Source: a virus
Lineage: Duplodnaviria > Heunggongvirae > Uroviricota > Caudoviricetes
IMG/VR virus record: IMGVR_UViG_3300031992_000010
Length of the DNA stretch: 64,000 nt
Reading direction: 5' to 3' (one strand)
A program made the position numbers and the translations under genes. Below the pieces are notes generated by a model that did no database searches, was not told the origin of the DNA, and saw only the letters and a list, made by a program, of their open reading frames with translations. Below are positions 47,772 through 58,029 of this stretch, piece after piece (within the stretch, counting starts at the first letter, position 1; each line of letters opens with the position of its first letter).

Positions 47772-48854
47772 ATGTTAAGAAATAAATGTACCTTAATTGT
47801 TGACGGCAATTGGCTATTAATGTCGAGGGTGTGGGTGTTAAGGGATCGTTTCCTAAAAACCAACGATGAGGACCAAAATAGGGGTGCCGTCGAGGAACTA
47901 AAATCATTACTTGCGAGGTCCATATCGGTAACGCTGCAGCGTTTTGGTACCTGCGTGGATAATATTGTGGTCGTATCCGATGGAGGTACGTGGAGAAAGA
48001 AAATTAAAAAGCCAAAATCGTTGGAGGATGTGATTTACAAGGGAAACCGAACATCCGACGATACCATTAATTGGAACCTTATATGGAATACCGCCCACGA
48101 TTTTTATGAAAATTGCAAATCACTTGGGATAACATATTCGGTAATACCGGGATTTGAAGGCGACGACCTTGTATACTATTGGTCGAGAAGATTGAATAAT
48201 AATGGAATAAATTGTATTATATGGACCACAGATCAGGATTTGATGCAGTTGGTACAATATAAGGATTGTGTATTCACCGGCTGGTATGAAACCAAAAAAG
48301 GTCTATACATTCATGAATCCGCGCAGGAAAAACCTATTGATCCCATCGATTTCTTTATGTCCGGGCCGGTATGTGATACCCGCCTGTTGAAGGAATTAAA
48401 ATCACGGGTGCAAATCAATTATATAAATCCCGACCTGATTGTGATGAAAAAGATTATTTGCGGTGACGATGGCGATAATATTTATTCCATCATACGTCAA
48501 AGGATGGGTAACAAAATCTATAAGGTAGGTGAAAAACAATGGGATTCCATCCGAAAGGAATTGAATCTCACCACCGTCAAGGAATTTTTTAGGAAACGTG
48601 ATGAAATATGCGAATCCTTATGTGAAATGAAAAAATTCCAAAACATCGAACAGGTCAAGGAGGAGTTTGATTATAACCGGAAATTGGTTTGGCTTAATAG
48701 TGAGGTCATACCGGAGGATTTAATTAAAAAAGGCGACCAATTTGATTATTCTATATATGATGTAAACGTAATAAAAAACAACTTCAAGGTTCTTTCCGGT
48801 GATCCGGACTCGGACGTGGTTAAGGAGGTCTTTGCGGGTGCATTGCCATTTTAA
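47772..48854 (+). CDS. rnh: 5'-3' exonuclease / RNase H (T4 rnh, FEN family)
   Basis: IVDGNW, YKGNR, EGDDL, TDQDLMQL, GDDGDNI. Confidence 0.85.
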   Translation: MLRNKCTLIVDGNWLLMSRVWVLRDRFLKTNDEDQNRGAVEELKSLLARSISVTLQRFGTCVDNIVVVSDGGTWRKKIKKPKSLEDVIYKGNRTSDDTINWNLIWNTAHDFYENCKSLGITYSVIPGFEGDDLVYYWSRRLNNNGINCIIWTTDQDLMQLVQYKDCVFTGWYETKKGLYIHESAQEKPIDPIDFFMSGPVCDTRLLKELKSRVQINYINPDLIVMKKIICGDDGDNIYSIIRQRMGNKIYKVGEKQWDSIRKELNLTTVKEFFRKRDEICESLCEMKKFQNIEQVKEEFDYNRKLVWLNSEVIPEDLIKKGDQFDYSIYDVNVIKNNFKVLSGDPDSDVVKEVFAGALPF

Positions 48855-48869
48855 AAAAATTAAATATTT

Positions 48870-49196
48870 ATGAAAGGATCGGCACATATTAGTGGAATAC
48901 AGGTTATGTTGATGGAAAACGAAAGACGTGAAAAACTTGCCAAATATTTTGAATCATTTTGTAATAAATATTCCGGCGTCGAGGCCGTATTTGGAAGCAA
49001 CCGTGCGGAGATAACAAACGGTTTCCTTGACGAAACAAAGGAGTATGACAACCTACGCGAGGCGGTGATGAATTGGGAACAAAATCAGGCGCTGCATATA
49101 ACATTGGAAGGCAAATATATTTTAGGACAGGTAAAACCATTCAACGAATGTTCAAATAAAATTTTTGATATTTCCGCCTTAAAATACTTCAACTAA
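48870..49196 (+). CDS. hypothetical protein
   Basis: Operon packing. Confidence 0.6.
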   Translation: MKGSAHISGIQVMLMENERREKLAKYFESFCNKYSGVEAVFGSNRAEITNGFLDETKEYDNLREAVMNWEQNQALHITLEGKYILGQVKPFNECSNKIFDISALKYFN

Positions 49197-49291
49197 AAAT
49201 AATTTACATATTATATTATTTTTGTGGGTTCGTGGATTAAATTTCGCGGACCTTTTTTATATTTTAAAACCAAATTATAAAAATCAATATT

Positions 49292-49801
49292 ATGAGCAAA
49301 TATTCAGGCAAATGTGATTTCTATGATGTGGTCAATATTTGGGGGCCGGAGATTATTTTGAATTGTAATATCAAAATCGGCGAACACAAAACGTTGGTGG
49401 CGACACGATACGACGACCTCAAACCATACTTCAACCACATCATTTCATCCATGGGTATTTCGAAGGAAAAGGATCCCGATACCGGCAAGTATGGAACCAT
49501 TTTTATTTGTGAAAAAAGTTATTGGGAACAACGCAAGGATGAAATCCGCAAAATTTATGCCGATAACCCAAAAATGATACAGGAACGCATTGAACAAATT
49601 GACGAGTTCTATTCCAAATATTCCGACATCGAGGAATTAAAGGTTCCACGTTATGAGGTGCATTACAATGATTACGATGAACCCGATGAGGAATATATCC
49701 AATGTTTTAAAACCAAATATGACGCGGAGGAATGTATTAAACACCTCGAACGTGCAAAAAACGTATATATGGAGGCAAAGGATGTCGATTTCAAGGGATA
49801 A
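49292..49801 (+). CDS. hypothetical protein
   Basis: 169 aa ORF, SGKCDFYD N-terminus. Confidence 0.65.
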   Translation: MSKYSGKCDFYDVVNIWGPEIILNCNIKIGEHKTLVATRYDDLKPYFNHIISSMGISKEKDPDTGKYGTIFICEKSYWEQRKDEIRKIYADNPKMIQERIEQIDEFYSKYSDIEELKVPRYEVHYNDYDEPDEEYIQCFKTKYDAEECIKHLERAKNVYMEAKDVDFKG

Positions 49802-50324
49802 AATAACGGTGGAAGGTGATACCTTCCAGCAGGTATGGCGCGATGATATTGTAAATAGCGTCGTATTCACCACCACGTTGGATTTATGCGGGTATAGGGG
49901 TCTTGACGATGCCATACTTATGTGTATGGCAAATGGAGGAAATTGGTTCTTCCACAGGATTATCAGCCGGTTCGGCAAACGGCCGCTCCATATTGAATAC
50001 ATCCGGCCACGTTCCTACGAGAAGGAGGAATATGTAGGCGTCGAGTTGGTGGAAGGCCCGGATGCGGAGAAAATAAAGGGGAAGGTAATATTTTTATTTG
50101 ACGATATTATTGATACCGGTATGACCATTAAATACGTCAAGGACCAACTATTAAAAATGGGCGCGAAGGAGGTGAATATATGTGTGTTATGCAAACGTGA
50201 TGGAAACCCCGCCAAAACGTGGAACTCACCCCTATTAATATCCGGAAACAAATGGTTGGTGGGATGTGGTATGGACCATAAAGGTGCAGGTAGAAATTTG
50301 GATGCGATATATGAAAAAATATAA
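49782..50324 (+). CDS. type I phosphoribosyltransferase (HPRT-like)
   Basis: FDDIIDTGMT PRPP loop, RSY, WLVGCGMD; start moved to MSISRD. Confidence 0.8.
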   Translation: MSISRDKITVEGDTFQQVWRDDIVNSVVFTTTLDLCGYRGLDDAILMCMANGGNWFFHRIISRFGKRPLHIEYIRPRSYEKEEYVGVELVEGPDAEKIKGKVIFLFDDIIDTGMTIKYVKDQLLKMGAKEVNICVLCKRDGNPAKTWNSPLLISGNKWLVGCGMDHKGAGRNLDAIYEKI

Positions 50325-50559
50325 GGTTGTAGGCATACGGAATTTTGTCGACGAGGATGATTTCATTTATGTTATGAAACTACTTGAGTCCACCGGATAT
50401 ACATTCCTATATCCGGTCAACCATATCATATCCAAAATCGATTGGAAAACTGCACGGATATTTTCCTCACCATCAAACCAGCAACAACTATTTGTCGTGG
50501 ATGGGGATGACATTGGTTATGAGGTCGATAAGGAATTTGATATGAAAACCTATTTTTAA
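50311..50559 (+). CDS. hypothetical protein
   Basis: Overlap coupling. Confidence 0.55.
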   Translation: MKKYKVVGIRNFVDEDDFIYVMKLLESTGYTFLYPVNHIISKIDWKTARIFSSPSNQQQLFVVDGDDIGYEVDKEFDMKTYF

Positions 50560-50562
50560 TAT

Positions 50563-50591
50563 TAAATTTTTGGATATTCCAAAATATATTA
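50563..50591 (+). promoter_or_regulatory. bipartite motif
   Basis: TAAATTTTT-GGATATTCCAAA-ATATATTA. Confidence 0.7.
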
Positions 50592-50607
50592 TACAAAAAC
50601 TAAACGA

Positions 50608-50979
50608 ATGGATTGTATCTTTTGTAATAAAAATGACGGAGGCGTCATACTCAACACCCGTTTCTTTATTGCCAGGTATGATGAATACCCGGTTTCACCC
50701 GGCCATATCATTATTATACCCAAACGTCACGTGGAGGATTATTTTCTCCTGACACGATATGAACGTGAGGAATTATTCAACGAATGTATTCTACAATGTT
50801 ATCAACTATTGGAGGCAAAATATAAACCGGATGGGTACAATATAGGCATAAACTGCGGCGAGGCCGCAGGTCAAAGTATTATGCATTGTCATATACATAT
50901 TATCCCCCGGTATAAAGGCGATGTGGAAAATCCACGCGGGGGTGTTAGAGGTGTTATTCCATCAAAACAAAATTATTAA
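50608..50979 (+). CDS. HIT family nucleotide hydrolase
   Basis: CIFC, SPGH, HCHIHII. Confidence 0.9.
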   Translation: MDCIFCNKNDGGVILNTRFFIARYDEYPVSPGHIIIIPKRHVEDYFLLTRYEREELFNECILQCYQLLEAKYKPDGYNIGINCGEAAGQSIMHCHIHIIPRYKGDVENPRGGVRGVIPSKQNY

Positions 50980-50983
50980 TATT

Positions 50984-51832
50984 ATGAAGTTTATGAAATT
51001 TAATTTTTTCGACAAGGTCAAACTTATCCGAATGATAATCGAAAGTATCCGGAGAATACGGGCGTATGCTGATAAAAATAACGTTACCTTGACGGTATCA
51101 ACCGATTCACCGCAAATATGCAAGGCGTTAACAAATGCATTGCGCCGTAAGGGGTTTATAACGGAGGATGAAATGGATATATTGTTTTCCGGTTCATTGG
51201 GTATCCAATTGAAATATATAAAAATTATTACCGAAGGCCTAAAACGTTTTTATGAGGGCGACTGCATCAAAAATGGCTGGCCTGTATGGCGTGGTCCGGA
51301 AACCATCGTGGATGTATTTGAGTCATATTGTAAAACAAGGATACATAATATTTCCTTCGATAAGACTATGCGGCAAACCATAAATAAAAACTATAAATGT
51401 GATTTTGAAACGGATGAATATACCCTCCTAATGGATGGATTCGCCACATACAGAAATAGTACCGAATGTATCAACCTTATCGGTATGAAAATGTATATCC
51501 AATACCTTCGCTCGGCCGCAATATTGGATAAGGAATCCATCGATGCGCTCGAAAGAAGTTGGATATATGAATTTTCAAACAACACCCACGGATATACGGA
51601 GACCGAGGCGGTAAACTATCTTTATAATGGAGGAACACCACCATTTGACGTATATGAAAAGATAACCGTTCCTGAAATATTTGGGGCGATTGATGATGAC
51701 AAACGTAGACGGAAAAAGAAGGACGAGCGCGAAAGGATGGAGAAAATTAGGGGGATACAGGAGAAACAATGTGCCGAATATTACGGCAAAATTATTAGAC
51801 AAAAATATCAATTGGAGGATAAAAAAATATGA
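50984..51832 (+). CDS. hypothetical protein
   Basis: Start moved to MKFMKFN. Confidence 0.65.
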   Translation: MKFMKFNFFDKVKLIRMIIESIRRIRAYADKNNVTLTVSTDSPQICKALTNALRRKGFITEDEMDILFSGSLGIQLKYIKIITEGLKRFYEGDCIKNGWPVWRGPETIVDVFESYCKTRIHNISFDKTMRQTINKNYKCDFETDEYTLLMDGFATYRNSTECINLIGMKMYIQYLRSAAILDKESIDALERSWIYEFSNNTHGYTETEAVNYLYNGGTPPFDVYEKITVPEIFGAIDDDKRRRKKKDERERMEKIRGIQEKQCAEYYGKIIRQKYQLEDKKI

Positions 51833-52806
51833 AAAAAACCATAGTTTTAAATCTTTTTGCAGGACCAGGTGCGGGGAAATCCACCGGCGCCTGCTATATT
51901 TTTTCACAATTAAAGATGAAAGGTATTGATTGTGAATATGTTAGTGAGTTTGCGAAGGATAAGGTGTGGGAACATAACGAGGAGGTATTAAAATGTCAAT
52001 TTTATATTTCCGGAAAACAATCATATAAAATATCGCGGGTATATGGCAAGGTCGATGTCATTATAACCGATAGCCCCATACTTGTAGGTGCCATATATGG
52101 CGATTATGACAATCCAAAATTGGTTCCCGCCATCGAATATGAATTTAAAAAATATAATAACCTAAACATATTCATCGAACGGGACAAGCCATACAATACC
52201 AACGGACGTATGCAAACGGAGGAGGAGGCGAAGGAAAAGGATGAACAATTGCTGGAACTAATGAAAAAATATGACGTACCTTATTCAACAATAAAAGGCA
52301 ACAAGGATGGTTACGACCTGATTGTGAATGAGTTACTACACATCATCAGTAATGGGAACCAGGAGAAATGTGAAATGAAACCAAAGGAGGACCATTATTT
52401 CACACCGGGAACACCCGGCCGCATAACGTCGGATTTTCTTGAGGCGTTGGGACTTAAATTGATACCGGCCGGAAACGAACGCTGCTACCGAATGGTATTT
52501 AAAGGGGATGATATAAGATACAATTTCAGCCTGACCCGAAACAATTATGACGACAAATGGATTTACTCCGATTACCGTAATAGGATTTTTGGTGTGGAGA
52601 CCATAATGGATTTGGAGGACATACTCCGATTGGCCGGCATTATTGATAAAATTGGCAAGGAAAGATTCCTTAACATTGCAGGCAAATATATTTATGAGGT
52701 GGAGTTTCCAAGCGAGGAGGACATACAACAACTAATCCAATTGCAATCACAACCGGAATGGTTGCAAACCGACAATTCAAAACCTATTTTTATATCAAAT
52801 AAATAA
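51829..52806 (+). CDS. NadR/Ttd14-like (AAA_28) P-loop kinase with extra C-terminal domain
   Basis: NLFAGPGAGKST, SEFAK, ITDSP, GRMQ. Confidence 0.75.
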   Translation: MKKTIVLNLFAGPGAGKSTGACYIFSQLKMKGIDCEYVSEFAKDKVWEHNEEVLKCQFYISGKQSYKISRVYGKVDVIITDSPILVGAIYGDYDNPKLVPAIEYEFKKYNNLNIFIERDKPYNTNGRMQTEEEAKEKDEQLLELMKKYDVPYSTIKGNKDGYDLIVNELLHIISNGNQEKCEMKPKEDHYFTPGTPGRITSDFLEALGLKLIPAGNERCYRMVFKGDDIRYNFSLTRNNYDDKWIYSDYRNRIFGVETIMDLEDILRLAGIIDKIGKERFLNIAGKYIYEVEFPSEEDIQQLIQLQSQPEWLQTDNSKPIFISNK

Positions 52807-53115
52807 TTGGAAAATGGGGAGGTTAAACTAACATTTTGGCAATGGGTGCGTATTTGGTTCAAATTACGCAAGGAATTGAAACAAATGGATGGTCCGGAGG
52901 AACGTCGTATAATGAAGTTCCTTAAAATTGGAATGCGTGCATGGGAGAAGGAGACCCATCCGGTTCCCGGTCCGGAGATAACATCAACGACGTTGGTGGT
53001 ATTGAAAATGTTAAATATCATCGACCGCCCGGTTGAAACTTCGGACGAACGAATCGAAACCGTAAGACAATTATTAAATTTAAACCATACCTTAAATAAA
53101 CGGACAAGAAAATGA
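52807..53115 (+). CDS. hypothetical protein
   Basis: TTG start, operon packing. Confidence 0.5.
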   Translation: MENGEVKLTFWQWVRIWFKLRKELKQMDGPEERRIMKFLKIGMRAWEKETHPVPGPEITSTTLVVLKMLNIIDRPVETSDERIETVRQLLNLNHTLNKRTRK

Positions 53116-55028
53116 AAAATAAGGGGATTTTATTTATATTTTTATTACTTATAATTCTATTCCTCGTCAATATTTTTGAGGCGAGCGGGCAAACTATTAC
53201 CGATTATGAAAATATGTCGGTTTTAAAGGATTTTTATTATTGTAATTCGGACGAAAGTTATTATGCATATGTTTCCAGCAGTCAATACAATTCCGGGGCA
53301 TTTAAGATTAATGGGGGATCAACTTATAATGAAGGTGAAAATGTCAATAAAAGGGATTATGACCAAAAATATACAATAAGTGCCAATAAAACAGGTTATT
53401 TAAAAATTAATGGCACAACATTATCATTTATTGATAATGCAGGTTGCCCTATTTCTTATTTGGATTTTATTGCCAATAATGTTATGACTATCCCCCCAAA
53501 TATCACGGTCAATATACCTCCAAATGCCGAGGTTGCATTGTCTAATATAATTTTTCAGGGGGAAAGTGGGATTAATTATGGTAGACTTATAAATAATGGT
53601 CATTTAGAAATAACCGAAAGTTTTAATTTTTTAAATGGGACATTTGAAAATAATGGCATACTCGATTTTTATGGGGATGTGAATTTTATATGCCCATACT
53701 CTTATTGTAATGGTGAACAGGCACATCCTTGGCATTTTATAAATAAGGCACATGGATATATATTTTTGAATGGTGATAAGAATTTTCAACATCATTTTAA
53801 TGTTGGAAACCCTACCTGTGGTCAAATATCTTTTGGACCAAATGATTATAATCTTTTGTATTTTGAAGAAGGTAGCTCCTTGGAATCAAATTATTATGAT
53901 ATATCCATAAATACAAATAATGGAGAAACAAATTTACAAACATTTACGGTTAAAAACGGTGATGTGGAAATTCATATAGATTCTAATGCTGGTGTCGAGG
54001 CTGAAACACTTATAGTTGATGGGACAATAACATTTAGTGGAGGCCAATATCAAAGTGTTAATATTGAAAAATTTGGAATGTTTGATTTTGTAAATAATAG
54101 TAGTGCGAGTCAATATTTGAATATAAATGCTGCTGAAGGAGCTAATATTTTTGTAAAACAAATAACATATGGAACACCAATATTTACCATAAAAAATAAA
54201 GCTTCTATGACATTATGTCAAAATCCAACAAAAGGAGTTGCTGATTGGGAGAACAGCAATCTCGCCACTCTTGAAGCTGGTGGAACATTTAATTACATAA
54301 TAGATGAATATACTATAAATGGTAAGGAATACAATCCAACAAATAAAAAATTATTTAGTTCATTAGATGGTGAGGGTGATATTAATACACCGGATAATAT
54401 AACAATAGAATTACAAAGATATGGAAAAACGATAGATGAAAATAGCGGTATAAGAATAACAAGTTTTGTGCAATTTATAAGATATATTATTAGTTTATTA
54501 TCAACAAGAGATGGGCAAAAAGTATATTTAAATGGTGCATTTACCGATATGGAGGAATGTGAAGATACGTATAATAACCATAAATCGGAAATACTCCCAA
54601 TCGAACTAACCTATTTCAAAATCACCGACGGCAACTTCGAATGGGAAACAAAAAGTGAAACGAATAATGATTACTTTATAATCGAATATTCGAAGAACGG
54701 GACCGATTGGACGGAATGCACCGACCATATCCAATCCCAATCAAATACCGGTTGGATATATTCCTACCCGGTACCGGAAACAACCAAGGGATCGGTGTTC
54801 TCATACTACCGGCTTAAACAGGTGGACCTCGATGGTACATTCTCATATTCCGACATACTTTCGACATCGTGGAAGGTTCCTACACCTCCACAGCCAAAGG
54901 CCGGATATACGAAGGCATTTATCGGTATTGATGGTAAAATTATATATGATAACTATAACCAATTACCATCCGGTGTGTATATTGAAAAGTCCGAAAATGG
55001 AACACGGCGAATTGTGAAACTAAAATAA
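53112..55028 (+). CDS. secreted Bacteroidota-type protein with LPIEL Ig-like module and T9SS CTD-like tail
   Basis: Signal peptide; LPIELTYF, W.T.SE.NNDYF.IE.S.NG, YYRLKQVD.DG; tail LPSGVYI...IVK. Confidence 0.7.
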   Translation: MKNKGILFIFLLLIILFLVNIFEASGQTITDYENMSVLKDFYYCNSDESYYAYVSSSQYNSGAFKINGGSTYNEGENVNKRDYDQKYTISANKTGYLKINGTTLSFIDNAGCPISYLDFIANNVMTIPPNITVNIPPNAEVALSNIIFQGESGINYGRLINNGHLEITESFNFLNGTFENNGILDFYGDVNFICPYSYCNGEQAHPWHFINKAHGYIFLNGDKNFQHHFNVGNPTCGQISFGPNDYNLLYFEEGSSLESNYYDISINTNNGETNLQTFTVKNGDVEIHIDSNAGVEAETLIVDGTITFSGGQYQSVNIEKFGMFDFVNNSSASQYLNINAAEGANIFVKQITYGTPIFTIKNKASMTLCQNPTKGVADWENSNLATLEAGGTFNYIIDEYTINGKEYNPTNKKLFSSLDGEGDINTPDNITIELQRYGKTIDENSGIRITSFVQFIRYIISLLSTRDGQKVYLNGAFTDMEECEDTYNNHKSEILPIELTYFKITDGNFEWETKSETNNDYFIIEYSKNGTDWTECTDHIQSQSNTGWIYSYPVPETTKGSVFSYYRLKQVDLDGTFSYSDILSTSWKVPTPPQPKAGYTKAFIGIDGKIIYDNYNQLPSGVYIEKSENGTRRIVKLK

Positions 55029-55037
55029 TTATATATA

Positions 55038-55133
55038 ATGGATACAATATGCGGTATTTTATTGGCCGCAACCGCGATTATGCTTGTGGTCGTGGTGTGC
55101 GTCGGCTACGATGGAGATGATGAAGTAAAGTAA
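55038..55133 (+). CDS. 31-aa hydrophobic microprotein
   Basis: MDTICGILLAATAIMLVVVVCVGYDGDDEVK; fills intergenic gap. Confidence 0.45.
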   Translation: MDTICGILLAATAIMLVVVVCVGYDGDDEVK

Positions 55134-55160
55134 TCACCTCCATTTTTTTATCCATATTGT

Positions 55161-55189
55161 TAAATTTTTCCCGGATTCTTTATATATTA
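55161..55189 (+). promoter_or_regulatory. bipartite motif
   Basis: TAAATTTTT-CCCGGATTCTTT-ATATATTA. Confidence 0.7.
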
Positions 55190-55229
55190 ATATGTAAGTT
55201 AAATTTAAAGGATATAGGAGGATAAGGAT

Positions 55230-55502
55230 ATGACACAGGATCAGGCATTAAATACATTAAAAAAATATGTAAGGGATGAGGTGGATTCATTTACATCATA
55301 TCCTATAAAAGCAACTTTTCCGGATGTACCTATAAGTGTGAGGGTTGATTACCAGCATATCAATAATGAAAATATATATGGTATTGTATTCTGCACATCC
55401 ACATATGATAGGTGGGGTGAAAGTGAATCGTATGATGTTTGTTTCTGCGATACCGAAGAAACGGCGGATGTTGTATACGGAACAATAAAATACAAAGGGT
55501 AA
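55230..55502 (+). CDS. hypothetical protein
   Basis: Downstream of promoter motif. Confidence 0.65.
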   Translation: MTQDQALNTLKKYVRDEVDSFTSYPIKATFPDVPISVRVDYQHINNENIYGIVFCTSTYDRWGESESYDVCFCDTEETADVVYGTIKYKG

Positions 55503-55542
55503 TCAAAGGATATAAAAATGTAATTTAAATTGATAGGAAATT

Positions 55543-55872
55543 ATGGGTATCAAAAACATAAAATCGGCAATAATAAATCAGGCGAGGAAATATTTATTAA
55601 AGGATCATTCCTCGCCATTAACAAACATCCTGCATCAATGTTCACTACAGGTGGAGATGCAATATCATCGGGATATTGAGACCGCATATCAGGAGGGTGC
55701 CAAGTGGGGAATGGAACAAGGCGATCGGGAACAAAAACGTATGAATGAGGTCATTATCGAATGGCTCGAAACCAACGTAAAGGATTATGTATTCGATTTC
55801 GAAGGTAACCGGGCATTTATTGATATGCCATCATTTATTGAGGATATACGTAAATTTTTGAAAACAAAATAA
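55543..55872 (+). CDS. hypothetical protein
   Basis: AYQEGAKW segment. Confidence 0.6.
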   Translation: MGIKNIKSAIINQARKYLLKDHSSPLTNILHQCSLQVEMQYHRDIETAYQEGAKWGMEQGDREQKRMNEVIIEWLETNVKDYVFDFEGNRAFIDMPSFIEDIRKFLKTK

Positions 55873-55876
55873 GAAT

Positions 55877-56953
55877 ATGAGAAAACGATTTACACAAACC
55901 GAATTGGATAAAATGGTTGAGGGCCATTTTAAGGCACAAATGGAGTGGCAGGACCACGGTGGACCCAAACCTACATTGGACCTGGGGGATGCCGATTTGA
56001 TTGGTGTGCGATTTAATGCATCATTACTCCAAAATATTAACTTCACAAACTCATATTTGAGTGAAGTGGTATTCCCCGACGGGTGTAGATTGGATGAATC
56101 CGATTTTACAAATACAAGTATTGCCGACATCGAATTTATGGACGGAAGTGTATCAAGATGTAAATTTGTTGGAGCCCATATGGTGAGGGTAAAAATCACC
56201 GACACATATTTTTCCGATTCAAATTTTGAACACACGGTCATAAAGGAATGTAATTTTAAAAATTCCACATTTTACGGTGCAAATTTTTATACCTGTGATA
56301 TTGATGGTACAATATTTGAGCGGGCAAATCTAATCCGTGCCGATTTTGAATCGGCAATAATTAGTAACACGTCATTTAAATTGGCATCGGCAAACAGCGC
56401 GATATTCACATCCGGTTCCTTTTATAATGTCGATTTTACCGATTCATATTTGCAACGTGCCCATTTTAATAATGTTTCGATGCAGAGTAGTTGTAAATTT
56501 AAAGGGGCATTATTGGATAATGCAAACTTCCACGAGGCAAAAATCGACATCGAGGACCTCAATAAGGTCAGAATCCCCTATACGGTAAACGGACTGAATA
56601 TGGCCTGTCCGGAGGAGGGTGCATTCGTCGGGTGGAAATATGTGAGAAATAATCGGGATTATTACCTCATAAAACTATTAATCCCGGAGGATGCAAAACG
56701 TAGTTCGGCCACCACACGTAAGTGTCGCTGTGAAAGGGCGTTTGTATTGGATATTGTTGACCTATTTAATGAGGATATACACTTCGAGAAATGTGAAAAT
56801 CCCAACTCAATAACATATACAGGTAGGAAAACCGTATACAAGGTTGGCGAGACGGTATACCCGGATAGTTGGGATGAGGATAGATGGGACGAATGCTCAC
56901 ACGGTATCCACTTCTTTATCACAAAACAGGAGGCGATAAATTACGCACTTTAA
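55877..56953 (+). CDS. pentapeptide-repeat protein with DUF5758-like C-terminus
   Basis: A.F..A.L repeats; CPEEGAF.GWK, KRSSATTRKCRC, ECSHGIHFFIT. Confidence 0.85.
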   Translation: MRKRFTQTELDKMVEGHFKAQMEWQDHGGPKPTLDLGDADLIGVRFNASLLQNINFTNSYLSEVVFPDGCRLDESDFTNTSIADIEFMDGSVSRCKFVGAHMVRVKITDTYFSDSNFEHTVIKECNFKNSTFYGANFYTCDIDGTIFERANLIRADFESAIISNTSFKLASANSAIFTSGSFYNVDFTDSYLQRAHFNNVSMQSSCKFKGALLDNANFHEAKIDIEDLNKVRIPYTVNGLNMACPEEGAFVGWKYVRNNRDYYLIKLLIPEDAKRSSATTRKCRCERAFVLDIVDLFNEDIHFEKCENPNSITYTGRKTVYKVGETVYPDSWDEDRWDECSHGIHFFITKQEAINYAL

Positions 56954-56965
56954 AAAATATATAAT

Positions 56966-57040
56966 ATGTTTTGGATTTGGCTTGGGACATCGGTTATTTT
57001 AACAACATCAATAATAGTAATAACCAATTTAAATAAGTAA
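56966..57040 (+). CDS. 24-aa hydrophobic microprotein
   Basis: MFWIWLGTSVILTTSIIVITNLNK; exactly fills gap. Confidence 0.45.
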   Translation: MFWIWLGTSVILTTSIIVITNLNK

Positions 57041-57042
57041 TT

Positions 57043-57525
57043 ATGACAAAAGGAAAGGCAATACGCCTTATTAAGGAGGCGATCGAAAAACACGGTAAGG
57101 ATTTTACCTTATATGGATTTCGCGACGTATGGAAACACGACCTTGATGAATTGAAGGATGAGATCGGGGGCGGTAGTGGAAGAATATGTTACGATCAGCC
57201 CAAATATATTTGTGGTACATTCACACTTGGCAATCTCCTTGATGAATTAAATAAGGATGATGTCACCTTAACGGATCGGCCACCATTCACTACCGGCGAC
57301 CTGCCTTGTTATCGTCAGGTAATGGGAATGATTGAACGTAATATTGAGGAATTTACCCATATGGCCGCCATAAGAATGTATGTAGGCGAATCCCAAGTCG
57401 AATATGAATCGTATGTAAAGGACCACGCGGAGGAGGTTAAGGGAATCCAACAAAAGCATAAGGATGAATTGGCCGCACTTTTGGGTATGGCAAAACAATT
57501 TAACGTATCACCGCTATATGTATAA
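57043..57525 (+). CDS. hypothetical protein
   Basis: 160 aa ORF. Confidence 0.65.
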   Translation: MTKGKAIRLIKEAIEKHGKDFTLYGFRDVWKHDLDELKDEIGGGSGRICYDQPKYICGTFTLGNLLDELNKDDVTLTDRPPFTTGDLPCYRQVMGMIERNIEEFTHMAAIRMYVGESQVEYESYVKDHAEEVKGIQQKHKDELAALLGMAKQFNVSPLYV

Positions 57526-57790
57526 CAATACCTTACATCTTGTACTCAAACATCGGTGGTACGATATGATTGCCTCCGGTATTAAACGTGAGGAATACCG
57601 GGATATGAAACCGTGTTGGGAAAAACAAATTTGGAACAAACGTGAGGAAATCCGGTACGTAACCTTCCATCGGGGGTACACAAACACCACGATAACAAAG
57701 GCCGTGGAGGATATCGTCGAATCCACGGGACGGACCGAATGGGGTGCCGAGAAAAATAAAAAATATTACACCATAAAATTATTGGATTAG
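57508..57790 (+). CDS. ASCH/PUA-like domain protein
   Basis: L.LK..WYDMI.SGIK.EEYR. Confidence 0.8.
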
Positions 57791-57868
57791 TATCGGATAA
57801 AAAATATACCGTTATTTTCGATTTTTATGCGGTTATTTTCAATTTTCTTCCCAAAATAATATAATTAA

Positions 57869-58025
57869 TCATCTTTTAAAAGATCTCTCCGTAGGGTTGA
57901 GATAAATGGAAAATAAAATGACGGACAAATCGGGTTTTAGGTCGCAAAATAATGGATATCTTGTAACGTGTTTATCCTTTCCAATCTTTTTTACCTCCGA
58001 TTAGATATTCATATGGTTGTCCCAT
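57869..58025 (-). pseudogene. frameshifted, truncated YLIGG-leader paralog
   Basis: MGQPYEYLIGGKK then one extra A gives a stop at 57972; the corrected frame reads IGKDKH...LFCDLKPD. Confidence 0.7.
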
Positions 58026-58029
58026 ATGA

